A DNA stretch of 47,455 nt from Tannerella sp. (GCA_031267935.1 JAIRYD010000180.1:1-47455); one strand, 5' to 3'; positions 31,047-42,916 are shown, numbered from the stretch's first letter. Notes: generated by a model not told the origin, from the letters alone. Numbers and translations: made by a program.

Positions 31047-31664
31047 ATGCCAGGATTATTAGGAAAAAAAATCGGAATGACATCCGTTTTCAGTGCCGAG
31101 GGTAAAAACTTGCCATGCACTGTTATCGAAGTAGGTCCTTGTGTAGTTACGCAGATCAAGACGGAAGAAAATGATGGCTATGAAGCGGTTCAGTTGGGTT
31201 TTATCGATAAGAAAGATAAACACACGACAAAACCGGAAGCCGGTCATTTCAAAAAAGCAGGCGTAACCCCCAAGCGACACTTGGCCGAGTTCAAAAATTT
31301 TGAAAATGCATACAACCCCGGCGACGTGATCACGGTGGATTATTTCGGCGACGCAATTTTTGTGGATGTCGTAGGCACATCCAAAGGTAAAGGATTTCAG
31401 GGCGTTGTCAAACGTCATGGTTTCGCTGGGGTAGGCGAGAGCACCCACGGTCAGCATAACCGTCTTCGTGCACCCGGTAGCGTGGGCGCATGTTCGTATC
31501 CCGCCAAGATCTTCAAAGGCACACGTATGGCCGGTCAGATGGGTAATGCACGCGTGACCGTTCAAAACCTTCAGGTGATCAAAGTATTGCCCGAAAACAA
31601 CCTCCTGCTGGTAAAAGGATCTGTTCCCGGAGCGAAAGGTTCAATCTTATTAATTGAAAAGTAA
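31047..31664 (+). CDS. rplC: 50S ribosomal protein L3
   Basis: [21 protein letters not shown]. Confidence 0.99.
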   Translation: MPGLLGKKIGMTSVFSAEGKNLPCTVIEVGPCVVTQIKTEENDGYEAVQLGFIDKKDKHTTKPEAGHFKKAGVTPKRHLAEFKNFENAYNPGDVITVDYFGDAIFVDVVGTSKGKGFQGVVKRHGFAGVGESTHGQHNRLRAPGSVGACSYPAKIFKGTRMAGQMGNARVTVQNLQVIKVLPENNLLLVKGSVPGAKGSILLIEK

Positions 31665-32293
31665 TGGAACTGAATGTATTGAATATAAAAGGCGAAGATA
31701 CCGGGAGAAAGGTGATCCTGAACGACGCGGTATTCGGCATCGAGCCTAACGATCATGCCATCTATTTGGATGTGAAGCAACACATGGCCAACAAGCGTCA
31801 GGGTACGCACAAGGCGAAAGAAAGAAGCGAAGTGTCGGGCAGTACGCGCAAACTGATCCGCCAAAAAGGCGGCGGCGGCGCGCGTCGCGGCGACATCAAC
31901 TCGCCCGTAATGGTCGGCGGCGGCCGCGTATTCGGCCCGAAACCGAGAGATTACAGTTTCAAACTGAACAAGAAGGTAAAATCCCTCGCACGCAAGTCGG
32001 CGCTTTCATACAAAGCCAAAGACAATGCCATCGTCGTGCTGGAAGACTTCTCGTTCGAAACGCCGAAAACAAAAGACTTCATGGCCATTGTCAAAGGGCT
32101 GAATCTCGACGACAGGAAAATGTTGCTGGTGCTGGCGGAAAACAACGACACCGTGTACAAGTCGGCACGCAACCTGCAGAAAGCAAAAGTCGTTACAGCA
32201 TCGGAACTGAACACCTACAAGGTGCTCGCCGCCGCCAGCCTCGTACTGACGGAAAGCGCTGTCGGAGTAATCGAAAATCAATTTAAAGCATAA
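31664..32293 (+). CDS. rplD: 50S ribosomal protein L4
   Basis: [23 protein letters not shown]. Confidence 0.99.
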   Translation: MELNVLNIKGEDTGRKVILNDAVFGIEPNDHAIYLDVKQHMANKRQGTHKAKERSEVSGSTRKLIRQKGGGGARRGDINSPVMVGGGRVFGPKPRDYSFKLNKKVKSLARKSALSYKAKDNAIVVLEDFSFETPKTKDFMAIVKGLNLDDRKMLLVLAENNDTVYKSARNLQKAKVVTASELNTYKVLAAASLVLTESAVGVIENQFKA

Positions 32294-32307
32294 GGAGGAA
32301 CAGAAAA

Positions 32308-32601
32308 ATGGGAATAATAATTAAACCGATTGTCACCGAGAAACTGACCATGATTACGGACAAGAAGCCGAATCGCTTTGGTTTCCGCGTTTCTCCCTCT
32401 GCAAATAAACTGGAGATAAAGAAGGCAGTCGAAACCATGTACAATGTGAACGTGGTAGATGTCAATACAATGCAATATGCCGGCAAACGTAAAAGCCGCT
32501 ACACCAAATCGGGCATTGTGAGCGGACGGCAGAATTCTTACAAAAAAGCAATAGTAACATTGAAAGAAGGCGAAGTCATAGACTTCTTCAGTAATATTTG
32601 A
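32308..32601 (+). CDS. rplW: 50S ribosomal protein L23
   Basis: KPIVTEK, ANKLEIK, KKAIVTL. Confidence 0.98.
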   Translation: MGIIIKPIVTEKLTMITDKKPNRFGFRVSPSANKLEIKKAVETMYNVNVVDVNTMQYAGKRKSRYTKSGIVSGRQNSYKKAIVTLKEGEVIDFFSNI

Positions 32602-32610
32602 TAAAGAAAA

Positions 32611-33435
32611 ATGGGAATACGAAAATTAAAGCCCACCACACCGGGGCTGAGACACAAGATTATCGGTGCCTTTGACAACATCACAGCAAGTGCACCGGAG
32701 AAATCGCTCGTAGTCGGGAAGAAAAGTACCGGCGGCCGCAACAACACCGGCAAGATGACCGTACGCTATCTCGGCGGCGGCCACAAACAGCGGTACAGAC
32801 TGATAGACTTCAAGCGGAACAAGGACGGCATTCCGGCAACCGTCAAATCCATTGAGTATGACCCGAATCGTACGTCGCGGATTGCGTTGCTGTACTACGC
32901 CGACGGAGCCAAGAGCTACATCGTCGCTCCCAACGGACTGGAAGTAGGTCAGACCGTGATGTCCGGCAAAGACGCCGCGCCCGAAATAGGAAACAGTCTG
33001 CCGATGCAGTACATTCCCGTAGGCACGATTATCCATAACATTGAACTGCGTCCCGGGCAGGGCGCCAAACTTGTACGCTCGGCCGGCGCGTTCGCCCAGT
33101 TGACGTCGAGAGAAGGCAGCTATGCCGTTATCAAGATGCCGTCGGGCGAGATCCGCAAGATTCTGTCGGCATGCAAGGCCACGATCGGCAGCGTAGGCAA
33201 TTCAGACCATGCGCTCGAACAATCGGGAAAAGCAGGACGCTCGAGATGGCTGGGTCGCCGCCCGCACAACCGCGGCGTCGTGATGAACCCGGTCGACCAC
33301 CCGATGGGCGGTGGCGAAGGACGTGCGTCGGGAGGACATCCCCGTTCGCGTACCGGACTGTATGCGAAGGGATTGAAAACAAGAGCGCCGAAGAAACACT
33401 CTTCCAAATACATAATTGAAAGAAGGAAAAAATAA
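32611..33435 (+). CDS. rplB: 50S ribosomal protein L2
   Basis: [20 protein letters not shown]. Confidence 0.99.
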   Translation: MGIRKLKPTTPGLRHKIIGAFDNITASAPEKSLVVGKKSTGGRNNTGKMTVRYLGGGHKQRYRLIDFKRNKDGIPATVKSIEYDPNRTSRIALLYYADGAKSYIVAPNGLEVGQTVMSGKDAAPEIGNSLPMQYIPVGTIIHNIELRPGQGAKLVRSAGAFAQLTSREGSYAVIKMPSGEIRKILSACKATIGSVGNSDHALEQSGKAGRSRWLGRRPHNRGVVMNPVDHPMGGGEGRASGGHPRSRTGLYAKGLKTRAPKKHSSKYIIERRKK

Positions 33436-33451
33436 TCTTAATTAAAACACT

Positions 33452-33718
33452 ATGAGTCGTTCGTTAAAAAAAGGTCCGTATATCAATGTGAAACTGGAAA
33501 AGAAGGTTTTGGCCATGAATGAATCCGGCAGAAAAAGCGTCGTCAAGACATGGGCGAGGGCGTCCATGATCTCCCCCGATTTCGTCGGGCACACGATTGC
33601 CGTTCACAACGGAAACAAATTCATACCTGTGTTTATTACCGAAAATATGGTAGGTCACAAGTTGGGTGAATTTTCCCCTACACGCATATTCCGTGGCCAC
33701 GCAGGAAATAGAAAATAA
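33452..33718 (+). CDS. rpsS: 30S ribosomal protein S19
   Basis: [20 protein letters not shown]. Confidence 0.99.
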   Translation: MSRSLKKGPYINVKLEKKVLAMNESGRKSVVKTWARASMISPDFVGHTIAVHNGNKFIPVFITENMVGHKLGEFSPTRIFRGHAGNRK

Positions 33719-33740
33719 GAAATAAAAAGAGCAAAAAAAT

Positions 33741-34157
33741 ATGGGTAAAAGAAAGAAAATATCAGCAGACGAAATAAAAGAGACCCGAAAATCCGTCTAT
33801 TTTGCCAAATTGCGGAACGTCCCTACCTCGCCGCGCAAGATGCGTCTGGTGACAGACATGATTCGCGGAATGGAAGTTTTCAGAGCTTTGGGTGTTTTGA
33901 AATTTTCGAACAAGGAAGCTGCAGCCCGTGTGGAAAAACTGCTTCGTTCGGCCATTTCCAACTGGGAACAGAAAAATGAGCGCAAGGCAGACAGCGGCGA
34001 ATTGTTCGTCTCGTCAATAAGCGTAGACTGCGCCACGACACTTAAACGCATGCGCCCCGCTCCGCAGGGAAGAGGCTACAGGATTCGCAAACGCTCGAAT
34101 CATGTCACCTTATTTGTCGACGCACTGAAAAGTAACGTAGTAGAAAGTCAAAATTAA
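33741..34157 (+). CDS. rplV: 50S ribosomal protein L22
   Basis: [21 protein letters not shown]. Confidence 0.98.
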   Translation: MGKRKKISADEIKETRKSVYFAKLRNVPTSPRKMRLVTDMIRGMEVFRALGVLKFSNKEAAARVEKLLRSAISNWEQKNERKADSGELFVSSISVDCATTLKRMRPAPQGRGYRIRKRSNHVTLFVDALKSNVVESQN

Positions 34158-34162
34158 TACAG

Positions 34163-34909
34163 ATGGGACAAAAAGTTAATCCGATTAGTAATCGTTTGGG
34201 AATCATCAGAGGTTGGGATTCCAACTGGTATGGCGGCAATAATTATGGCGACACTTTGCTGGAGGATTGCAAAATCCGAAAATATCTCAATGCCCGTCTG
34301 GCAAAAGCCAGTGTATCACGCATTGTGATTGAACGCACGCTGAAACTGATCACCATCACCGTTTGCACCTCGCGTCCGGGCATCATCATCGGCAAAGCCG
34401 GTGCGGAAGTCGACAAACTGAAAGAAGAATTGAAAAAAATCACCGACAAGGAAGTGCAGATCAATATCTACGAAATCAAGCGCCCCGAACTCGACGCCGT
34501 GATTGTGGCAAATAACATTGCCCGTCAGCTGGAAGGCAAAATCGCATACCGCCGCGCCATAAAAATGGCCATCGCCTCGACCATACGCATGGGTGCCGAA
34601 GGCATCAAAGTACAGGTATCGGGACGTCTGAACGGCGCTGAGATGGCACGCTCGGAAATGTACAAGGAAGGCCGTACGCCGTTGCACACTTTCCGCGCCG
34701 ACATCGACTATGCCCTTGCCGAAGCGCTGACCAAAGTCGGCCTGCTCGGAATCAAGGTATGGATATGCCGCGGTGAAGTATACGGCAAGAAAGACCTTGC
34801 CCCCTCGTTCTCCAGCTCGAAAGATTTCGGCCGCCGTGGCGGAAACAACGAAAACGCACCGGGTGGTGGACGCGAAAAAAACTTTAAAAGAAGAAAAACG
34901 AATCGTTAA
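34163..34909 (+). CDS. rpsC: 30S ribosomal protein S3
   Basis: [26 protein letters not shown]. Confidence 0.99.
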   Translation: MGQKVNPISNRLGIIRGWDSNWYGGNNYGDTLLEDCKIRKYLNARLAKASVSRIVIERTLKLITITVCTSRPGIIIGKAGAEVDKLKEELKKITDKEVQINIYEIKRPELDAVIVANNIARQLEGKIAYRRAIKMAIASTIRMGAEGIKVQVSGRLNGAEMARSEMYKEGRTPLHTFRADIDYALAEALTKVGLLGIKVWICRGEVYGKKDLAPSFSSSKDFGRRGGNNENAPGGGREKNFKRRKTNR

Positions 34910-34933
34910 ACCCCATAAAACAAGGAAGCAACC

Positions 34934-35368
34934 ATGTTACAACCTAAGAAAACAAAATTCAGAAGACAACAGAAAGGCCGTATAAAAGGCTTTGCTCAAC
35001 GTGGGAACCAGCTGGCATTCGGTTCGTTTGGCATCAAGTCTTTACAGTACAAATGGATTACAGGCCGACAGATAGAAGCGGCGCGTATTGCCGTCACACG
35101 CCATATGCAACGCCAGGGTCAGGTTTGGGTTCGGATTTTTCCCGACAAACCGATCACACGTAAACCGGCAGACGTACGTATGGGTAAAGGTAAAGGAAAT
35201 CCGGAAGGATTTGTGGCGCCTGTATCCCCGGGACGTCTTATATTTGAAATCGAAGGCGTATCGTTCGACGTCGCCAAGGAAGCCCTGCGCCTTGCCGCAC
35301 AAAAACTGCCCGTGACAACCCGCTTTGTTGTACGGCGCGATTACGACATGCAAAACCAAAACTTGTAA
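34934..35368 (+). CDS. rplP: 50S ribosomal protein L16
   Basis: [17 protein letters not shown]. Confidence 0.99.
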   Translation: MLQPKKTKFRRQQKGRIKGFAQRGNQLAFGSFGIKSLQYKWITGRQIEAARIAVTRHMQRQGQVWVRIFPDKPITRKPADVRMGKGKGNPEGFVAPVSPGRLIFEIEGVSFDVAKEALRLAAQKLPVTTRFVVRRDYDMQNQNL

Positions 35369-35374
35369 AATGTT

Positions 35375-35572
35375 ATGAAAATTAAAGAAGTAAGAGAATT
35401 AAACACCAAGGAACTGGAAGAAAGGATAGACGCTGAAATCGCATCTTTGGCTCAGAAGAAGATCAATCATAGCATTTCACCGCTGGATAATCCTTCGCAG
35501 ATTAAGGAACAACGTCGGACGATAGCCCGTTTGAAAACGGAATTGCGCCAACGCATACAAAACAACAATTAA
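35375..35572 (+). CDS. rpmC: 50S ribosomal protein L29
   Basis: [17 protein letters not shown], plus operon position. Confidence 0.96.
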   Translation: MKIKEVRELNTKELEERIDAEIASLAQKKINHSISPLDNPSQIKEQRRTIARLKTELRQRIQNNN

Positions 35573-35583
35573 CATTGAGCCTG

Positions 35584-35841
35584 ATGGAAACGAGAAATTT
35601 AAGAAAAGAAAGAACGGGCGTGGTATTCAGCAACAGAATGGATAAGAGTATTACTGTCGCCGTCAAATGGAAAGAAAAACATCCCATTTACGGAAAATTC
35701 GTCAACAAAACGAAGAAATATCATGCTCACGATGAAAAAAACGAATGTAACATTGGTGACACGGTACGGATCATGGAAACCCGCCCCCTGAGCAAAACAA
35801 AAAGATGGCGGCTGGTTCAAATTATAGAAAGGGCTAAATAA
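35584..35841 (+). CDS. rpsQ: 30S ribosomal protein S17
   Basis: [27 protein letters not shown] 35584 chosen; TTG 35575 is possible. Confidence 0.97.
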   Translation: METRNLRKERTGVVFSNRMDKSITVAVKWKEKHPIYGKFVNKTKKYHAHDEKNECNIGDTVRIMETRPLSKTKRWRLVQIIERAK

Positions 35842-35842
35842 A

Positions 35843-36208
35843 ATGATACAGCAAGAATCAAGGTTAATAGTAGCCGACAACAGCGGCGCGAAAGAAGTAC
35901 TGTGTATCCGCGTACTGGGTGGCACGCGCCGGCGGTATGCGACTGTAGGCGACGTCATTGTTGTGGCCGTGAAAAGTGTAATCCCGTCGAGCGACGTAAA
36001 GAAAGGCGCCGTATCCAAGGCGATCATCGTACGGACGAAAAAGGAAATACGCCGTCAGGACGGCTCGTATATCCGTTTCGACGACAATGCCTGCGTACTG
36101 CTTACGCCCGCCGGAGAATTGAGAGGAAGCCGCATCTTTGGCCCCGTTGCCAGAGAACTGCGCGCGACGAATATGAAAATCGTATCACTTGCACCGGAAG
36201 TGCTTTAA
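35843..36208 (+). CDS. rplN: 50S ribosomal protein L14
   Basis: [20 protein letters not shown]. Confidence 0.99.
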   Translation: MIQQESRLIVADNSGAKEVLCIRVLGGTRRRYATVGDVIVVAVKSVIPSSDVKKGAVSKAIIVRTKKEIRRQDGSYIRFDDNACVLLTPAGELRGSRIFGPVARELRATNMKIVSLAPEVL

Positions 36209-36231
36209 TTAGTTAAAAACTTTAGTTTACA

Positions 36232-36546
36232 ATGAGTAAGTATATAAAAAAAGGCGACATCGTATTTGTCAACACGGGCGAAGACAAAGGCAAGACAGGC
36301 CGCGTCCTGCAAATGCTCGTAAAACAGAACCGGGCGATTGTCGAAGGCGTGAACATGGTATCCAAACATACCAAGCCCAATGCAAAAAAACCGCAGGGCG
36401 GCATCGAAAAGAAAGAAGCATCCATACATCTTTCCAACCTGAACCTCCTGGACCCCAAATCGGGAGGCGCCACGCGCATCGGACGGAAAGAAGTCAAAGG
36501 TGCATTAGTACGCTATTCAAAAAAATCAGGGGAGGTAATTAAATAA
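36232..36546 (+). CDS. rplX: 50S ribosomal protein L24
   Basis: [26 protein letters not shown]. Confidence 0.98.
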   Translation: MSKYIKKGDIVFVNTGEDKGKTGRVLQMLVKQNRAIVEGVNMVSKHTKPNAKKPQGGIEKKEASIHLSNLNLLDPKSGGATRIGRKEVKGALVRYSKKSGEVIK

Positions 36547-37103
36547 TGAGCAACATGATAACCCTCAAAAAAGAATATCTGGACAGGATCGTCCCGGCGC
36601 TGAAAAACGAATTCAGCTACACGTCCGTCATGCAGGTACCCGTCCTGGAAAAAATTGTGATCAATCAGGGACTGGGCATCGCCACCGGCGACAAGAAAAT
36701 TATCGACGTAGCCATCGACGAACTGACCCTCATCACCGGCCAGAAAGCGGTAGCCACCTATTCGAAAAAAGACATTTCGAACTTCAAACTGCGCAAAAAG
36801 ATGCCGATCGGCGTGCGGGTAACCCTGCGCCACGAACGCATGTACGAATTTCTGGAACGTCTCGTACGCGTGGCGTTGCCGCGTATTCGCGACTTCAAAG
36901 GCATTGAAAGCAAGCTCGATGGACGAGGCAACTATACCCTGGGTATTCAGGAACAAATCATCTTTCCCGAAATAAATATTGACAATATTACCAAAATATT
37001 GGGAATGAATATTACCTTTGTGACCTCTGCGCAGACGGACGAAGAAGGATACGCACTCCTTCGCGAGTTCGGTTTGCCTTTTAAGAATATAAAAAAGAAT
37101 TAA
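36546..37103 (+). CDS. rplE: 50S ribosomal protein L5
   Basis: [24 protein letters not shown]. Confidence 0.99.
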   Translation: MSNMITLKKEYLDRIVPALKNEFSYTSVMQVPVLEKIVINQGLGIATGDKKIIDVAIDELTLITGQKAVATYSKKDISNFKLRKKMPIGVRVTLRHERMYEFLERLVRVALPRIRDFKGIESKLDGRGNYTLGIQEQIIFPEINIDNITKILGMNITFVTSAQTDEEGYALLREFGLPFKNIKKN

Positions 37104-37108
37104 ATAAT

Positions 37109-37378
37109 ATGGCGAAAGAATCGATGAAAGCCCGTGAAGTGAAACGGGCCAGACTTGTGAAAAAATACGCAGCAAAAAGAGCGAAACTCAAAGCCGACGG
37201 CAACTACGAAGCGCTGCAGGACCTGCCGAAAAACGCATCGCCCGTGCGCCTGCACAATCGTTGCAAGCTGACCGGACGTCCGAAAGGATACATGCGTCAG
37301 TTCGGCATCTCACGCATACAGTTTCGCGAAATGGCTTCCCAGGGATTGATTCCCGGAGTAAGAAAAGCAAGTTGGTAG
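37109..37378 (+). CDS. rpsN: 30S ribosomal protein S14 (89 aa, non-zinc type)
   Basis: [22 protein letters not shown]. Confidence 0.98.
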   Translation: MAKESMKAREVKRARLVKKYAAKRAKLKADGNYEALQDLPKNASPVRLHNRCKLTGRPKGYMRQFGISRIQFREMASQGLIPGVRKASW

Positions 37379-37438
37379 AATGAAAAACGAAATGTTAAAT
37401 ATTGTCCCGGCCATCGGGATCAATTTAATTAAAATGAT

Positions 37439-37834
37439 ATGACAGATCCAATAGCAGATTATCTGACACGATTGCGAAACGCAATCAAGGCACAACATCG
37501 CGTGGTCGAAATACCCGCATCGAATGTGAAAAAGGAAATCACAAAAATCCTTTTCGAAAAAGGCTACATACTGAATTTCAAGTTTGTAGATGAAGGTCCA
37601 CAGGGCTCGATCAAGATTGCCCTCAAATATGATCCGGTGAACAGAGTAAACGCCATCAAGGCGCTTAAACGCATCTCCACACCGGGTTTGCGTCGCTACG
37701 TAGGTTACAAAAACATGCCGCGTGTGCTGAACGGTCTCGGAATAGCCATCCTCTCCACCTCTAAAGGCGTGATGACGGACAAAGAAGCCGCCCAGTTGAA
37801 AATCGGCGGTGAAGTATTATGTTTCATTTATTAA
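37439..37834 (+). CDS. rpsH: 30S ribosomal protein S8
   Basis: MTDPIADYLTRLRN, STSKGVM, GGEVLC. Confidence 0.99.
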   Translation: MTDPIADYLTRLRNAIKAQHRVVEIPASNVKKEITKILFEKGYILNFKFVDEGPQGSIKIALKYDPVNRVNAIKALKRISTPGLRRYVGYKNMPRVLNGLGIAILSTSKGVMTDKEAAQLKIGGEVLCFIY

Positions 37835-37852
37835 CGAAGGAGGAAAATAACG

Positions 37853-38410
37853 ATGTCAAGAATAGGAAAATTGCCCATCCCGATTCCGTCCGGAGTAACG
37901 ATCCAGATAGACGAAACAGAAAACAGAGTCACCGTCAAAGGTCCGAAAGGCGAACTGGTACAGACTGTCAACAAAAAAATCAAACTGACGATCGAAAACG
38001 GCCAGTTGATCTTGTTGAGACCCGACGACGAACGCGATTCGCGCTCGATGCACGGCCTTTACCGCGCATTGCTCAACAACATGGTCACGGGCGTATCCAC
38101 CGGATACAGGAAACAGCTCGAACTGGTCGGCGTGGGATACCGCGCTTCCAATACGGACCAGGTACTGGAACTCTCGCTCGGATATACGCACAACATCTTC
38201 CTCCAGCTTCCGCAGGAAGTCAAACTGGAAACAAAAACCGAGCGTAACAAGAACCCGATGATCATACTCGAATCGGCAGACAAGCAACTGCTCGGACAAG
38301 TATGCGCAAAAATTCGCGCGTTCCGTAAACCCGAGCCGTACAAAGGCAAAGGCGTCCGGTTTACCGGCGAAGACGTGAGAAGAAAATCAGGCAAATCTGC
38401 AGCTAAATAA
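37853..38410 (+). CDS. rplF: 50S ribosomal protein L6
   Basis: [17 protein letters not shown]. Confidence 0.99.
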   Translation: MSRIGKLPIPIPSGVTIQIDETENRVTVKGPKGELVQTVNKKIKLTIENGQLILLRPDDERDSRSMHGLYRALLNNMVTGVSTGYRKQLELVGVGYRASNTDQVLELSLGYTHNIFLQLPQEVKLETKTERNKNPMIILESADKQLLGQVCAKIRAFRKPEPYKGKGVRFTGEDVRRKSGKSAAK

Positions 38411-38423
38411 CAAAACTACGATT

Positions 38424-38768
38424 ATGGCAACGAAAGAAACACGAAGAATCAGAATAAAAAGAAGCGTACGTAGTAAAATATCAGGCACTTCCGAACGGCC
38501 GCGTCTGACGGTCTTCAGAAGCAACAAACAGATATATGCGCAAGTGATAGATGATACGACAGGACGAACACTCGCAGCCGCTTCATCGCTGAAAATATCC
38601 GCGAAAGCGACAAAAAAGGAAATTGCCGCCAAAGTAGGCGAAGCCATTGCCCTAAGCGCGCGCGAAGCAGGAATCCAGTCCGTAGTGTTTGACCGCAACG
38701 GATATTTGTATCATGGAAGAGTAAAAGAATTAGCCGATGCAGCTCGTAGCGGCGGCCTTAAATTTTAA
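38424..38768 (+). CDS. rplR: 50S ribosomal protein L18
   Basis: [22 protein letters not shown]. Confidence 0.99.
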   Translation: MATKETRRIRIKRSVRSKISGTSERPRLTVFRSNKQIYAQVIDDTTGRTLAAASSLKISAKATKKEIAAKVGEAIALSAREAGIQSVVFDRNGYLYHGRVKELADAARSGGLKF

Positions 38769-38774
38769 GTAAAG

Positions 38775-39293
38775 ATGGCAGGAATTAGCAACAGAGTAAA
38801 ATCGACCAACGATTTAGAATTAAAAGACAGATTAGTAGCTATCAACCGTGTGACGAAAGTGACCAAGGGCGGACGTACGTTCAGTTTTGCGGCCATAGTC
38901 GTCGTAGGCGACGAAGCCGGCATCGTCGGTTGGGGACTGGGTAAAGCCAGCGAAGTGACGACCGCCATCGCCAAAGGCGTAGAGGCGGCGAAGAAAAATC
39001 TGGTACGCATACCGGTATACAAGGGGACCATTCCCCACGAACAGACCGCCAAATTCGGCGGCGCGGAAGTATTGATCAAACCGGCATCGCACGGTACGGG
39101 AGTCAAAGCCGGCGGCGCCATGCGTGCCGTGCTCGAAAGCGTGGGCATCACCGATGTGCTGGCCAAGTCGAAAGGATCGTCCAACCCCCACAACCTTGTG
39201 AAAGCCACTATTGCCGCCCTGAACGAACTCAGAAGCCCGGCCATGGTTGCTCAGAACAGAGGCATTTCCGTTGAGAAAGTGTTTAACGGTTAA
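38775..39293 (+). CDS. rpsE: 30S ribosomal protein S5
   Basis: [19 protein letters not shown]. Confidence 0.99.
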   Translation: MAGISNRVKSTNDLELKDRLVAINRVTKVTKGGRTFSFAAIVVVGDEAGIVGWGLGKASEVTTAIAKGVEAAKKNLVRIPVYKGTIPHEQTAKFGGAEVLIKPASHGTGVKAGGAMRAVLESVGITDVLAKSKGSSNPHNLVKATIAALNELRSPAMVAQNRGISVEKVFNG

Positions 39294-39314
39294 TTTTTGA
39301 GGAGAAACTATATT

Positions 39315-39491
39315 ATGGCAAAGATAAAAGTCAAACAGGTAAAGAGCAGAATCAAATGTCCGAAAAACCAGAAACGTATCCTGGATGCTCTGGGACTGCG
39401 GAAAATGAATCGTGTGGTTGAACACGAAGCGAACCCTTCGATTTTGGGAATGATTAAGAAAGTGGAACATTTGGTTTCCATTGTAGAGTAA
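39315..39491 (+). CDS. rpmD: 50S ribosomal protein L30
   Basis: MAKIKVKQVKSRI, LDALGLRK, GMIKKVEHLV. Confidence 0.96.
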   Translation: MAKIKVKQVKSRIKCPKNQKRILDALGLRKMNRVVEHEANPSILGMIKKVEHLVSIVE

Positions 39492-39519
39492 TAACTTTGA
39501 GCGTAAAAAAACAATTGAT

Positions 39520-39966
39520 ATGAATTTATCCAATTTAAAACCGGCTAAAGGATCAGTAACAACCAGAAAAAGAATCGGCCGAGGCCCGGGTTCAGGCTTG
39601 GGCGGTACATCCACAAGAGGACACAAGGGCGCCAAATCACGTTCGGGTTATTCCCGCAAGATTGGTTTCGAAGGCGGCCAGATGCCGATTCAGAGGCGTC
39701 TGCCCAAGTTCGGCTTCAAGAATATCAATCGGGTAGCCTACAAGGCCATCAACCTCTCGACGCTGCAACAATTAGCAGACGAGAAAAATATCACGAAGAT
39801 CGGACTGGAAGAACTGAAAGCCTTCGGATTTATATCCGCATCGCATTTAGTGAAAATACTCGCCAAGGGCGAACTTTCGGTAAAACTGGACGTAACGGCA
39901 CATGCCTTCTCGAAAAAAGCGGAAGAAGCCATTACGGCCGCAGGTGGAACGATCATTAAACTCTAA
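39520..39966 (+). CDS. rplO: 50S ribosomal protein L15
   Basis: RIGRGPGSG, GFEGGQMP. Confidence 0.99.
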   Translation: MNLSNLKPAKGSVTTRKRIGRGPGSGLGGTSTRGHKGAKSRSGYSRKIGFEGGQMPIQRRLPKFGFKNINRVAYKAINLSTLQQLADEKNITKIGLEELKAFGFISASHLVKILAKGELSVKLDVTAHAFSKKAEEAITAAGGTIIKL

Positions 39967-39969
39967 GAT

Positions 39970-41322
39970 ATGAGAGCTGTTGATACAATCAGAAATATCT
40001 GGAAAATAGAAGACCTGAGGAAACGCATCCTCACGACGCTTCTGCTGGTGCTGATTTACCGTTTGGGCACATTTATTGTGTTGCCGGGCATTGACCCCCG
40101 CGCCCTTACGGCCTTGTCGACACAGACGAGCGGCGGGCTAATGGCGTTGCTCGACATGTTTTCGGGCGGCGCATTTTCGAATGCCTCCATCTTCGCACTG
40201 GGAATCATGCCCTATATCTCGGCATCCATCGTGATGCAGTTGGCGGCTATCATTGTCCCCACGTTCCAGAAATTGCAGCGCGAAGGCGAAAGCGGACGGA
40301 GAAAAATCAATCAGTGGACACGTTACCTGACGGTGGTCCTCCTGTTTGTGCAAGGCTGGGCCTATCTGATCAATCTGGATCTGCAAATGCGCCAGGCCGG
40401 TGCGCCGATGGCAGCCGACCTGTCCGACTTGTGGTTCAAGTTGTCGTCGACCATCATCATGGCAGGCGGCAGTATGTTCGTCCTTTGGCTGGGCGAACGC
40501 ATCACCGACAAAGGCATCGGAAACGGAATCTCGTTCATCATCATGATAGGGATCATTGCCCGTCTGCCGAATTCTCTGTATCAGGAATTTATTTCCCGTG
40601 TGGATGAAGCCGGCGGCGGTCTCGTAATGTTGCTTTTCGAACTGCTGTTCCTGCTGCTCGTGATTGCAGGCGCAATCCTTTTGGTGCAGGGCACGCGCAA
40701 AGTGGCCGTACAATATGCCAAACGTATCGTGGGAAACAAACAATACGGAGGCGCGCGACAATATATCCCCTTGAAAGTGAATGCAGCAAACGTGATGCCT
40801 ATCATTTTTGCACAGGCCATCATGTTTGTCCCCATGTCACTTGTCGGTTTTTTCGACCAGTCGGGAGAATCAAGTTCGTTCATGGCCGCATTTAGGGATA
40901 ATACGGGGCTGTGGTACAACGTCGTATTTGCGCTTCTGATCATTGCCTTCACCTATTTTTATACGGCAATCACGATCAACCCGACGCAAATGGCGGACGA
41001 CTTGAAACGCAATAACGGTTTCATACCGGGCATCAAGCCGGGCAAGGCGACGAAGGAATATCTGGACGAGATCATGAGCCGGATTACGCTTCCGGGCGCA
41101 TTTTTTCTGGCCATCGTGGCCATCCTGCCGGCTTTTGCCCAGATTTTGGGTATCAGCATGCAGTTCGCCCAGTTTTTTGGCGGCACGTCGCTGATTATTA
41201 TGGTTGGCGTCGTGCTCGATACGCTGCAACAGGTTGAAAGTCATCTGTTGATGCGTCACTATGACGGATTGCTGAAATCCGGAAGAATAAAAGGACGTAC
41301 AGGCTCGGTTGCGGCATATTGA
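39970..41322 (+). CDS. secY: Preprotein translocase SecY
   Basis: SIFALGIMPYISASI, GIGNGISF, IPGIKPG, GGTSLII. Confidence 0.99.
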   Translation: MRAVDTIRNIWKIEDLRKRILTTLLLVLIYRLGTFIVLPGIDPRALTALSTQTSGGLMALLDMFSGGAFSNASIFALGIMPYISASIVMQLAAIIVPTFQKLQREGESGRRKINQWTRYLTVVLLFVQGWAYLINLDLQMRQAGAPMAADLSDLWFKLSSTIIMAGGSMFVLWLGERITDKGIGNGISFIIMIGIIARLPNSLYQEFISRVDEAGGGLVMLLFELLFLLLVIAGAILLVQGTRKVAVQYAKRIVGNKQYGGARQYIPLKVNAANVMPIIFAQAIMFVPMSLVGFFDQSGESSSFMAAFRDNTGLWYNVVFALLIIAFTYFYTAITINPTQMADDLKRNNGFIPGIKPGKATKEYLDEIMSRITLPGAFFLAIVAILPAFAQILGISMQFAQFFGGTSLIIMVGVVLDTLQQVESHLLMRHYDGLLKSGRIKGRTGSVAAY

Positions 41323-41325
41323 CGG

Positions 41326-42108
41326 ATGATATATCTGAAGACAGATGAAGAAATAATGCTGATGCGCGAAGCGAATCAGCTTGTGGGTAAAACGCTCGGA
41401 GAGTTGGCAAAGCACATACGACCGGGTATTACCACGCTCTATCTGGATCAGATCGCCGACGCGTTCATACGCGATCATGGCGCGACCCCGGCCTTTTTGG
41501 GCTATGGCGGTTTCCCGAAATCGATCTGCACGTCGGTGAACGAACAGGTCGTGCATGGAATCCCGTCGCCGGACGCGGTTTTGAAGGATGGAGACATCAT
41601 ATCCGTCGATTGCGGTACGGTATTGAACGGTTTTGTAGGCGATTCCGCCTATACGTTTTGTGTAGGAAACGTTTCGGAGGAAACGAAAAGGTTGTTGCGA
41701 ACCACAAAGGAAGCGCTCTACGAAGGCATCCGGCAGGCCACGGAAGGCCACCGGGTTGGCGACATCAGCCATGCGGTGCAGACCTGTTGCGAACAACGCG
41801 GCTATTCGGTTGTCAGAGAACTGGTCGGACACGGATGCGGTCGACAGATGCATGAAGCGCCGGAAGTTCCGAATTTCGGCCGTCGGGGATGCGGGCCACA
41901 GTTGAAAAACGGCATGTGCATTTGCATCGAGCCGATGATCAACGAAGGAAGCAGGAACGTCGTCTTCGAGAAAGACGGATGGACGGTACGCACTCGAGAC
42001 CGGAAGAACTCGGCTCACTTCGAGCATTGCATCGCAATATGCCCCGAAGGGCCGGTGATTCTGTCGTCGTTCGATTATTTGGAAGATATAGTAGGAATAG
42101 AAATATAA
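41326..42108 (+). CDS. map: Methionine aminopeptidase, type I
   Basis: SVNEQVVHGIP, DCG, GDSAYT, GHG..MHEAP, EPMI, SAHFEH. Confidence 0.97.
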   Translation: MIYLKTDEEIMLMREANQLVGKTLGELAKHIRPGITTLYLDQIADAFIRDHGATPAFLGYGGFPKSICTSVNEQVVHGIPSPDAVLKDGDIISVDCGTVLNGFVGDSAYTFCVGNVSEETKRLLRTTKEALYEGIRQATEGHRVGDISHAVQTCCEQRGYSVVRELVGHGCGRQMHEAPEVPNFGRRGCGPQLKNGMCICIEPMINEGSRNVVFEKDGWTVRTRDRKNSAHFEHCIAICPEGPVILSSFDYLEDIVGIEI

Positions 42109-42111
42109 GAT

Positions 42112-42330
42112 ATGGCTAAACAGTCTGCAATAGAACAGGATGGCGTAATTGTGGAAGCATTGTCGAATGCAATGTTTCGTGTGGAGCTGGAGAACGGACA
42201 CGAAATCACAGCCCATATATCGGGAAAGATGCGGATGCACTACATCAAAATCCTTCCCGGAGACAAGGTGCGTGTCGAAATGTCGCCGTACGATTTGTCC
42301 AAAGGCCGTATCGCGTTCAGATATAAATAG
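42112..42330 (+). CDS. infA: Translation initiation factor IF-1
   Basis: [18 protein letters not shown]. Confidence 0.99.
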   Translation: MAKQSAIEQDGVIVEALSNAMFRVELENGHEITAHISGKMRMHYIKILPGDKVRVEMSPYDLSKGRIAFRYK

Positions 42331-42358
42331 AAGAAAGAAATTAAAAACAGATATAACG

Positions 42359-42475
42359 ATGAAAGTAAGAGCATCTTTAAAGAAACGGACACCCGAATGT
42401 AAAATCGTAAGACGCGAAGGGCGTTTGTATGTGATTAACAAAAAGAATCCCAAGTTCAAGGTTCGTCAGGGTTAA
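42359..42475 (+). CDS. rpmJ: 50S ribosomal protein L36 (non-zinc type)
   Basis: [38 protein letters not shown]. Confidence 0.96.
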   Translation: MKVRASLKKRTPECKIVRREGRLYVINKKNPKFKVRQG

Positions 42476-42514
42476 TCTTGTTATTGATTGGAGTAATAAT
42501 AATTATTAAATACT

Positions 42515-42895
42515 ATGGCGATAAGAATAGTTGGTGTGGACTTGCCACAAGACAAGAGAGGTGAAATTGCGTTGACTTACATCTACGGGGTCGGTCGGAG
42601 CGCTTCCAACTCCATTTTAGTAAAAGCAGGCGTTGATAAAAATATCAGGGTCAAGGACTGGACGGACGAACAGGCGGCAAAAATCCGCGAAGTGATCGGC
42701 AACGAATTTAAGGTGGAAGGCGACCTCCGCTCCGAAGTACAGTTGAACATCAAACGATTGATGGATATTGGCTGCTACCGCGGAATACGTCACCGTATCG
42801 GCTTGCCGTTGAGAGGGCAGAGTACGAAGAACAACGCGCGTACGCGTAAAGGGAAGAAAAAGACAGTTGCAAACAAGAAAAAAGCTACTAAATAA
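42515..42895 (+). CDS. rpsM: 30S ribosomal protein S13
   Basis: [30 protein letters not shown]. Confidence 0.99.
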   Translation: MAIRIVGVDLPQDKRGEIALTYIYGVGRSASNSILVKAGVDKNIRVKDWTDEQAAKIREVIGNEFKVEGDLRSEVQLNIKRLMDIGCYRGIRHRIGLPLRGQSTKNNARTRKGKKKTVANKKKATK

Positions 42896-42916
42896 TTAAG
42901 CAAGAAATTAAGCAAG

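Noticed and set aside
37109-42475. Zinc-free S14 and L36 as the operon copies
   Set aside because: Common in Bacteroidetes, so not evidence of a special system.
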